NCBI GenBank assembly: GCA_039178835.1
Contig: JBCDFA010000001.1
Coordinates: 15,500-79,499 of the forward strand
DNA: 64,000 bases
Reading direction: 5' to 3'
Source: Chloroflexota bacterium
GTDB lineage: Bacteria > Chloroflexota > Chloroflexia > Chloroflexales > Roseiflexaceae
Shown here: positions 57,309-64,000 of the stretch, piece by piece
How positions within the stretch are numbered: position 1 is the stretch's first letter
Layout of the letters: every line of letters begins with the position of its first letter
Position numbers and translations under genes: made by a program
Notes under the pieces: model-generated
Told to the model about the DNA's origin: nothing
Seen by the model: only the letters and a program-made list of their open reading frames with translations
Database searches by the model: none

Positions 57309-58673
57309 GTGCCGGACTTTGAAGATTTAGATTTTTACGAGTTGCTGAACGTACAGCGAACAGCATCGCTCGATGAAATACGGCGTGCATATCGCCGTGA
57401 GATATCAAAGTATCATCCTGATCGCTTTGTAAACGCTTCGTCTGATGAGCAAATGTATGCACAGCAGCGTAGTCAGCGTCTTACAGGTGCCTACAGCGTT
57501 TTAAGTGACCCTCGGGCGCGGAGTGCGTACAATCTTAATTTGGTTCCCGGTACTATTCCAAAACGTCAATCTGCATCAGGTCAAGCGCCAATACCACAGG
57601 CACAACCACGTGATTATCAGGCTGAATTATACGATCAAGCGCAGTCACATCTTACAGCTGGTCGAAAATTGCAAGCCATCGGGGTATTGCGGCAACTTCA
57701 ACAGATCAATCCTTTCTATCGTGACAGTGCTGAATTGTTGGCCAAACTGGAAGCACAAACACAACCACGTACCTCTGATGATAAACGTAAAACAATTCCC
57801 CCCTTCATGCTTTTTAGTGGTTTGGCTGGCATTGTCGTTGTGGTGATAGTTACGTGGTTTATCTTTCAGTCAGCAAATCCTTTTGGTATTGGTGTTTCCG
57901 AAGCGCGAATAGAACCTGTAGCTGCTGAGATGGCTACTGAGACCACACCAGAATTTTCAGATGCTACGGCTGTTCCTGCACCAACTGATGTACCTGTTCC
58001 ACCAACAGAGGTACCACCAACGGAAGTCCCAACCGAAATTCCACCAACAGAGGTACCACCAACGGAAGTCCCAACCGAAATTCCACCAACAGAGGTACCA
58101 CCAACGGAAGTTCCGCCTACCCAGCCACCTGAAGAGAGTGGTACAATATTAGTAGCAGATGGATTTGATAGCGTGGAGTGGGCCAGTCTTTCTGGTCGTG
58201 GTTGGCGTATCGGTTATCTTAACAGCCAATATCGTATTGCCGTTGATCCAGGCATTGGGAATATTTGGAGTTTTCGTACAAATGCGCCACGGGATGTAAG
58301 CATTGGTGTCGATGTACAAGTCATTAGTGGATCCGGGGGGGTACTCCTACGCTATCTTGATGATCAAAACTTTTTAGGTTTTACTATCAATCCTGCTGAA
58401 GCAAGCTATCAATTAGAACAACGTATTGCTGGGAACACGACCGTTCTTGCCGAAGGTGAGAGTTCAGCAATCATCAACGGAAGCGACGCTCAGAATCGTC
58501 TTGTGGTGCGGATGCAAGGATCACAGGTACAACTTATCGCAAATGGCCAGCCACTTGCCAGTGTTGAGATTCCGACTAATACAGGTAGTGCACGTTATGG
58601 AATGCTTGCCGTTTCAAGCGATGTGCCAGCAGAAGTCATCTTCGACAATCTTGAACTTCGAACTTTGGAGTAA
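57309..58673 (+). CDS. J-domain (DnaJ-like) membrane protein with a Pro/Thr/Glu repeat linker and a C-terminal beta-sandwich-like domain
   Basis: DFYELLNV...YRREISKYHPDR (HPD motif). One TM helix (FMLFSGLAGIVVVVIVTWFIF). A PPTEVP(T/P)E repeat linker, then a beta-rich C-terminal domain of about 175 aa. Confidence 0.85.
   Translation: MPDFEDLDFYELLNVQRTASLDEIRRAYRREISKYHPDRFVNASSDEQMYAQQRSQRLTGAYSVLSDPRARSAYNLNLVPGTIPKRQSASGQAPIPQAQPRDYQAELYDQAQSHLTAGRKLQAIGVLRQLQQINPFYRDSAELLAKLEAQTQPRTSDDKRKTIPPFMLFSGLAGIVVVVIVTWFIFQSANPFGIGVSEARIEPVAAEMATETTPEFSDATAVPAPTDVPVPPTEVPPTEVPTEIPPTEVPPTEVPTEIPPTEVPPTEVPPTQPPEESGTILVADGFDSVEWASLSGRGWRIGYLNSQYRIAVDPGIGNIWSFRTNAPRDVSIGVDVQVISGSGGVLLRYLDDQNFLGFTINPAEASYQLEQRIAGNTTVLAEGESSAIINGSDAQNRLVVRMQGSQVQLIANGQPLASVEIPTNTGSARYGMLAVSSDVPAEVIFDNLELRTLE
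57999..58111 (+). repeat. In-frame 42-bp tandem repeat (2.7 copies) encoding the PPTEVPPTEVPTEI linker
   Basis: CCACCAACAGAGGTACCACCAACGGAAGTCCCAACCGAAATT occurs at 57999-58040 and is repeated exactly at 58041-58082. A partial third copy runs to 58111. Confidence 0.95.
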
Positions 58674-58701
58674 ACATATTAGCCAATAGAAAAACAGTCC
58701 T

Positions 58702-59574
58702 ATGCGAAATGACATTATTGCCACTTTTTCCATCGTTGCGTACGATCCACAGAATGACGATTTTGGAGTAGCGGTTGCCTCAAAGTTTTTAGGGGTTGGT
58801 TCGGTTGTTCCCTGGGTGCGTTCAGATGCTGGTGCTATTGCGACACAGGCATTGGGGAATATGAGTTATGGTCCGCGAGGGTTAGATTTGATGGTGTCCG
58901 GTAAGTCTGCCGAAGAGACGCTCCAAACATTGCTTGCTGATGATGATCAGCGCGATCATCGACAAGTTGGCATTGTCGATAGTCAAGGACGTGCCGCGGC
59001 GTATACCGGTAAGAAATGTCTTGACTGGGCCGGGCATGTAACAGGAAATGGTTTTACGATACAGGGGAATATTCTGAGCAGTTCAACCGTCGTTGATAAC
59101 ATGGCCACTGCCTTCACCAGTACCCAGGGTGAGTTGGCTGAGCGCTTACTCGCAGCATTGCAAGTTGGTGACCAGACCGGTGGTGATCGACGTGGGCGAC
59201 AGTCTGCAGCTTTGTATGTTGCACGTCAGGGTGGCTCGTATGGCGGTTTCCTCGACCGGTACGTCGATCTGCGTGTGGATGATCACCAGAATCCAGTTGC
59301 CGAGCTTGTCCGGTTACTCCAATTACATCGCTTCTATCTGACTCGACCACGCCAAGAGGATCTTATGGCGATCAGTGAGCCAATTGCGCGGGAGCTACAA
59401 CAGTTGCTTCAAAAGGCTGGTTTCTACGATGGCCCCATTAGTGGAACACACGACGAAGCCACACAATCAGCCCTTGAACAGTATGGGGGGGTTGAGAATC
59501 TGGAAGAACGTTTGGTGAGCAAGACACACATTGATCCAGAAGTGCTAGATTTTATGCGAAGAAAACTTGCGTAA
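58702..59574 (+). CDS. DUF1028 (Ntn-hydrolase-like) protein with a C-terminal peptidoglycan-binding-like domain
   Basis: N-terminus TFSIVAYDPQNDDFGVAVASKFLGVGSVVPW is typical of DUF1028. The C-terminus LQQLLQKAGFYDGPISGTHDEATQSALEQY resembles PG_binding_1. Confidence 0.78.
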   Translation: MRNDIIATFSIVAYDPQNDDFGVAVASKFLGVGSVVPWVRSDAGAIATQALGNMSYGPRGLDLMVSGKSAEETLQTLLADDDQRDHRQVGIVDSQGRAAAYTGKKCLDWAGHVTGNGFTIQGNILSSSTVVDNMATAFTSTQGELAERLLAALQVGDQTGGDRRGRQSAALYVARQGGSYGGFLDRYVDLRVDDHQNPVAELVRLLQLHRFYLTRPRQEDLMAISEPIARELQQLLQKAGFYDGPISGTHDEATQSALEQYGGVENLEERLVSKTHIDPEVLDFMRRKLA

Positions 59575-59614
59575 TAAAGTATCTCGTATGTCTGTTTCTA
59601 GTGTGATATGATCA

Positions 59615-60724
59615 ATGTTTCATTTATCGACCGTTTCTCGTTTAGTATGCCCGCTGATCTGCCTACTTGCTGTTGGTTGTGCTTCGCTTTATACGCCGCA
59701 GCCTTCTGGTTCTTTACAACCAGTAGTAGTTGACGGTATACAATTGCGTGCTGGTAGTAAGATACTGGAGGTGCGAGGTACAAATTATGTTCACACCTTC
59801 AACGCTGATCTAAGCATGTGTCCAGAAATTCAATTTGGGGCGGATGGAAATTGTCCTTGGGATCTTGCGGCCATTGCCACGGATATGGAGCGGCTGCAAG
59901 GTCTGGGCATCAATACAGTTCGGATATTTCTGAACTATTATGCTTTCGGCGGCGCACGTGAAGTTGACCCCAATTACGACCTTTCGATTCCTCTCTCCCA
60001 TCTTGATGACTTCATCGATGTCGCGAACGAACATGGCATTTATGTTATGCCAGTACTTCTCGTCAAGTATCCACAGGATCGTTTTGGCCCAGAGCACTAT
60101 GAGACTGCTCTTGATCTCCATGTGCGTCCGGTTATCGAGTATCTGTCTGGCCGGGCGGGTGTCCTCGCCTGGGACGTGTTCAATGAGCCTGATCTCGGTG
60201 GCCCCATCGACCCGCGCTGTTGGGATTGGGACAATGGTGATTTTCCTCTGTGCTTCGAGTTGGCACAGGAGCGCTCACGTTTTGTAGTTGCCATATACGA
60301 CGAAGTTAAGCGCTTCGATCCTGAGCGCCTTGTAACGGTGAGTATGGGCTTTGGCAAGAACTATTTCAAACCCGATACAGCCGATATTCATCTGGCCGAG
60401 GTGGTTGATCTGTATTCCTACCACTATTATGACGACGACCCGTATGATAGTGGTCGTTACCGCGCTCATTGGTATTATGGTGAGGGTTTTCCTGCCGATC
60501 TTCATCGTGCGAATGCCGAACTCCATGCCCTTGATCTGGACAAGCCGATTCTTATTACGGAGATTGGCTTCCCAACTGGCCCTGATGCTACCCGTACCCT
60601 TGAAGAACTTCCCCAAGATCTGCAGACCGCTCTTGATGTTGCGCGTGATGATAGTACGGCTGGCATTATGGTGTGGCCCTTCCAGCCAGATCCTGATGAA
60701 TTGATCGGTGATCTCTTTCAGTAA
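59615..60724 (+). CDS. Glycoside hydrolase family 5-like lipoprotein
   Basis: Signal peptide plus lipobox (LLAVGC|A). Acid/base motif WDVFNEPD and nucleophile context ILITEIGFP. Confidence 0.78.
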   Translation: MFHLSTVSRLVCPLICLLAVGCASLYTPQPSGSLQPVVVDGIQLRAGSKILEVRGTNYVHTFNADLSMCPEIQFGADGNCPWDLAAIATDMERLQGLGINTVRIFLNYYAFGGAREVDPNYDLSIPLSHLDDFIDVANEHGIYVMPVLLVKYPQDRFGPEHYETALDLHVRPVIEYLSGRAGVLAWDVFNEPDLGGPIDPRCWDWDNGDFPLCFELAQERSRFVVAIYDEVKRFDPERLVTVSMGFGKNYFKPDTADIHLAEVVDLYSYHYYDDDPYDSGRYRAHWYYGEGFPADLHRANAELHALDLDKPILITEIGFPTGPDATRTLEELPQDLQTALDVARDDSTAGIMVWPFQPDPDELIGDLFQ

Positions 60725-60725
60725 G

Positions 60726-60755
60726 ATTGCCGATTAGCTTCCCATTGACGTATAA
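60726..60755 (+). promoter_or_regulatory. Candidate promoter of the CHAT operon
   Basis: TTGCCG (60726-60731), an 18-nt spacer, then TATAAT (60750-60755). A CAGGAG RBS lies 7 nt before the ATG at 60825. Confidence 0.35.
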
Positions 60756-60824
60756 TACCCACGACTTATATTCGCTCCACGCTGTGCTCGTTCGTTAGAA
60801 AGCCTCACAATCAGGAGCACGATT

Positions 60825-62243
60825 ATGTTCAACATCTATCACGACTTTGAAATTACTATTCAGCCGCCAAATGGTGACACCTTTCCTTATTTCATTCAGT
60901 CTCCTGGTGGTGAAGCACAGGGCATATTACGTCTGCCCACCAATACACCAACCTATCAGGAACTCGAACAACGATTGAGCCAACTCGACACAGACGAGGA
61001 CGCACTACATCAGCTGGGAACATTACTCTTTGACGCGCTGTTTGAGGGGAAGTCTGGTGAAGTATTCTCGATTAGTCGGGGGCGTTTGCAACCGAACGAA
61101 GGGTTGCGTTTTAAGTTAAGTATTGCAGCTGAAGAGAGTGTGGTAGCGTCTCTACCATGGGAGTTTATTGCCGATCCCAACCGTGGCCCATTGGCACTGC
61201 TTGATATGCCAATTGTGCGCTACTTGCCGTTAGCACTGCCAACATCGACATTGCGAACTGAGCTTCCATTGAGGGTGCTTTTGACCGGTGCCCATACGCC
61301 CCCGAATCCTGATGCAGTCACAAGCGAGCTTCGGTCTGTCAGAGAGTCGTTAGCAGCAGCTGTGCAGCGCGGGTTGGTCCAGCTTGAAGTCGAAGAGCAT
61401 CTGACCCCACGCAAATTACAGGCGTTGCTACGTCAGGACTTTCATGTCTGGCATTTTGTCGGCCATGGTGGTTTTGACCAGTCAGGTCGTAATGCACGTT
61501 TGTCGTTTGAGGACGATGATGGTGATGTGCAACGTGTGAGTGCTATGCAACTTGGCATTATGCTCAATCGGAGCAGTCTGCGACTGGTAGTGCTCAACGC
61601 GTGTGAGAGCGCCCGCCTCGCTGTTGAGCCGTTCCGTAGCCTCGCTCCAGCGCTGATCCGTGGTCAGGTGCCAGCCGTTGTTGCGATGCAGTTCTCGGTG
61701 CCGCAAGAATCGACGCGTGCTTTTGCAGGCGAGTTTTATTGTGCGCTTGCCGAGGGTTTTCCCATCGACGCGTGTGTGACAGAGGGCCGCAAAGCGATTA
61801 TGAACGAGATTGGATTGGGACGACCCGATTGGGGTATTCCGGTCGTGTACACCCGTGCGGCTGATGGCAAACTGTTTGAGACGCCAACCCCTGCGCCATC
61901 AGAGACGAATGCAACTGGTACTGGTGGTGTCAGTATCAATATCGAGAACAGCCAGCTTGATCACTCCAATGTAACTGTGAGTGAAGTGGGCAACATCGTC
62001 AAGGGCAACTCCACAAGTGACGCTGACGTAGATGTGGATAATGAGGAACTTGATGCGGAGATTGCAGCATTGAAAGACCAGGTGAGGTTAAAGAAACAGC
62101 GTCTGCGTAGACTAAGAAATCAGGAAGCTGTACATGGCATGAATACTGATCCATCGATCATAATAGAAATTGATCATTTGCAACAGGAAATAGCCGAGCT
62201 TGAAAAGCAAAGAAAGGCTCTTGAGAGCCAACGCGCCAGATAG
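60825..62243 (+). CDS. CHAT-domain (caspase-fold) protease with a C-terminal helical-hairpin/coiled-coil tail
   Basis: 472 aa. N-terminal segment with LPWEF. His/Cys dyad contexts are VWHFVGHGGF and LRLVVLNACESA. The last 60 aa or so are heptad-like (EIAALKDQVRLKKQRLRRL...EIAELEKQRKALE). Confidence 0.85.
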   Translation: MFNIYHDFEITIQPPNGDTFPYFIQSPGGEAQGILRLPTNTPTYQELEQRLSQLDTDEDALHQLGTLLFDALFEGKSGEVFSISRGRLQPNEGLRFKLSIAAEESVVASLPWEFIADPNRGPLALLDMPIVRYLPLALPTSTLRTELPLRVLLTGAHTPPNPDAVTSELRSVRESLAAAVQRGLVQLEVEEHLTPRKLQALLRQDFHVWHFVGHGGFDQSGRNARLSFEDDDGDVQRVSAMQLGIMLNRSSLRLVVLNACESARLAVEPFRSLAPALIRGQVPAVVAMQFSVPQESTRAFAGEFYCALAEGFPIDACVTEGRKAIMNEIGLGRPDWGIPVVYTRAADGKLFETPTPAPSETNATGTGGVSINIENSQLDHSNVTVSEVGNIVKGNSTSDADVDVDNEELDAEIAALKDQVRLKKQRLRRLRNQEAVHGMNTDPSIIIEIDHLQQEIAELEKQRKALESQRAR

Positions 62244-62262
62244 TATCCAGGGAGGAAGTCTT

Positions 62263-62463
62263 ATGTCACACGATGCTGAGCGTGCTGAAGAGATTGCAGC
62301 ATTAGAAAAACAGATAAGCTTAAAGAAGCGCCGCTTGCACGCCTTACAAAATCAAGCAGCCGTATACGGTATTAGTGCCGATCCGTCGATCTCGATTCAG
62401 ATTGAGGATCTAGAGCAGGAAATTAGACAACTCAGAGAAGAATTGCGTGATCTGAATGGCTGA
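62263..62463 (+). CDS. 66-aa helical protein paralogous to the C-terminal tail of the upstream CHAT protein
   Basis: ATG at 62263 has GGGAGGAAG 6 nt upstream. By eye, about 55% identity to CHAT residues ~412-462. It starts 19 nt after the CHAT stop. Confidence 0.65.
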   Translation: MSHDAERAEEIAALEKQISLKKRRLHALQNQAAVYGISADPSISIQIEDLEQEIRQLREELRDLNG

Positions 62464-62487
62464 GTTTACAAGACGAAGGAGTCGCTT

Positions 62488-63000
62488 ATGCTCATATCCA
62501 CTAGAAAATACCTGTTGCTATCAATTGTCTTGATGATTAGTCTGCGTATCGTTGCATGTTCGCCTGCACCCTCTGGCCAGTCTGAAAGTGCAGAGGAGCC
62601 GTTGGAAGGTGACTCGTCTGGCCTGGAACCAATCTCTGTTGAAGAGTCACGGGTAGTGGTCGATGTCTTTTCTGGTCGTACCAATCCGTCGTGGAGTCTT
62701 TCTGACCAGGAAACAGTAACGCTGACAACCATGCTGGAAGGGCTTGAAGAAGTGGAGGTGGCTCATTCGCCAGCCGGGCAGCTTGGGTTCCGCCAGTTTG
62801 TGGTGATGCTGGCAAGCCCAACGGCGGATGCTTCAGCAATGGTGTCTGTCTACGATACAACAGTCGAAGTGGACCATGGTGATGCGGTGAAGTACTACAC
62901 TGATACAGATGGTCAGGTTAGCCGCTGGCTCTTAGAGAGCAGCAAATCACATTTGGATGATGAGCTGTTTGCTGCCATCAAAGAAGCTGTCACACAATAA
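62488..63000 (+). CDS. Hypothetical secreted lipoprotein
   Basis: 170 aa. AAGGAG RBS. Signal peptide with lipobox-like LRIVAC|S. An acidic linker precedes a mixed alpha/beta domain of about 110 aa. I recognise no family. Confidence 0.6.
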   Translation: MLISTRKYLLLSIVLMISLRIVACSPAPSGQSESAEEPLEGDSSGLEPISVEESRVVVDVFSGRTNPSWSLSDQETVTLTTMLEGLEEVEVAHSPAGQLGFRQFVVMLASPTADASAMVSVYDTTVEVDHGDAVKYYTDTDGQVSRWLLESSKSHLDDELFAAIKEAVTQ

Positions 63001-63074
63001 CAATCACTTCAGTTCTACCGAGATGGCCAGATGAGATGTCGATTCGTTCACACTTCGCCTAGCCATCTGACATA

Positions 63075-64000
63075 TTACTGATCAGCGACATCAAACCCAA
63101 GTATCACCACAATATCTGCGGTACTCGTAACTCCATCGGGTGTGCCCTGTCGCACGTCGGCATTTAATGTATTTGCCAGCCGCCGACTCGTGCGTGGTTT
63201 ATTCCCGTTCACATCATAGATAATCGTTTGCTGCACATCTGTGTTCGGCGCGTCGGAGGCTGGAATGATCGTGAAGCCATCACTTTCGAGATCGCCAGAG
63301 ATCTGCCCGGCAAGGCCATTCACACCCGTGCCGTTCAGCACCTGCACTATTGCCGCCTCAGTTGCTTCACCCGGTGGTGTCAGCATGGCGTCCATCGCAG
63401 CCTGTTTGCCCGTTTCACTCCAGATAAGACTGAAGTTGCCATCTTCAACAACCTGTGGATCAAGCTCTGGTGAGAAGCGTACCTGACCAATATCATCAGG
63501 ATTCAGTCCACTCCCGACCCATGTGAGCGCCAATAACACATCGACTCTGCCCAATGGCATGGTTGTCGTAACGGCACCGTCCAGTCCCTCACGGAGATTC
63601 GGTAGCGTCATCACCTGTCCCACAGGACCACGTTGCTGAAATTCTGTCACAATAGCACGAATAACCTGTTGCTGGCGGGCGTTGCGATCAAAGTCACTAT
63701 CGCCGTGACGGGTACGAGCATACACAAGCGCAGTCTGGCCATCCATAACCTGCGGTCCAGGTTGGAACTCGACCTGTCTTGTGCTAAAATCTGGGTTGGG
63801 ATACGCATCGTCGATGATGAGTTCTGGTACATCGATAGTCACACCACCAAGCGCATCAATAATCTGAGCAAATCCGTCAAAGTTGACTTGCATCACATAA
63901 TCGATCCGCTGACCGCGTGTGGGCCAGCCGAGGAACTCCTCAATGGTCTGGGCTGTAAGCGCCATACCACCCTGTTGCGGTGTTGTGCCAGCGCCATAGA
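63075..64000 (-). CDS. LytR-CpsA-Psr (LCP) family cell-envelope phosphotransferase with a LytR_C domain; 5' end lies beyond the window
   Basis: LCP-core segments NFDGFAQIIDALGGVTIDV and MDGQTALVYARTRHGDSDFDRNARQQQV. The reading frame stays open to position 64000. Confidence 0.85.
   Translation of the reverse strand, partial: YGAGTTPQQGGMALTAQTIEEFLGWPTRGQRIDYVMQVNFDGFAQIIDALGGVTIDVPELIIDDAYPNPDFSTRQVEFQPGPQVMDGQTALVYARTRHGDSDFDRNARQQQVIRAIVTEFQQRGPVGQVMTLPNLREGLDGAVTTTMPLGRVDVLLALTWVGSGLNPDDIGQVRFSPELDPQVVEDGNFSLIWSETGKQAAMDAMLTPPGEATEAAIVQVLNGTGVNGLAGQISGDLESDGFTIIPASDAPNTDVQQTIIYDVNGNKPRTSRRLANTLNADVRQGTPDGVTSTADIVVILGFDVADQ

Noticed and set aside
57999-58111. A non-coding repeat array or CRISPR-like element
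   Set aside because: The 42-bp units are in frame inside a well-supported CDS and encode a PPTEVP linker. I report it as a coding tandem repeat only.

Overview
This is a 64-kb chromosomal window with no rRNA, CRISPR array, transposase or integrase. I call about 58 protein-coding genes and two stand-alone tRNA genes, tRNA-Cys(GCA) and tRNA-Leu(UAG), each with its own promoter-like site and hairpin terminator. Most of the content is housekeeping: tmk-darA, pdxST, sodA, folD, trkAH-type K+ uptake, murT, dprA, the dgt-dnaG-rpoD block, fprA and lhgO. The gene content includes a ycf45-like R3H ATPase, the SCO1664/DUF3090/histidine-phosphatase triad, MurT, a SARP-STAND regulator and many lipobox lipoproteins. 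Together with moderate GC this suggests a Chloroflexota-like or otherwise Terrabacteria-type bacterium, but that assignment is only a guess.

The regions most worth a second look are:
- An isolated three-gene CHAT (caspase-fold) protease operon at 60.7-63.0 kb. Its second gene is a free-standing copy of the protease's own C-terminal helical tail, and its third gene is a lipoprotein.
- A tightly packed five-gene minus-strand operon at 37.8-45.1 kb. It is headed by a 1148-aa SARP/BTAD-AAA-TPR regulator and followed by an MBL hydrolase, a 2H phosphoesterase, a DUF885-like HExxxxHH protein and a rhodanese. A second MBL gene is divergent from it.
- The conserved, uncharacterised histidine-phosphatase / DUF3090 / SCO1664 (PI3/4-kinase-like) triad.
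- A 141-aa protein built from four 'AEIRGxxVY' repeats.
- A perfect 2 x 40-bp tandem duplication carrying an inverted repeat, upstream of a promoter.
- An ECF sigma / murT / vWA-lipoprotein string that lacks both gatD and an anti-sigma gene.

All functional calls come from by-eye motif recognition. No database search was run.
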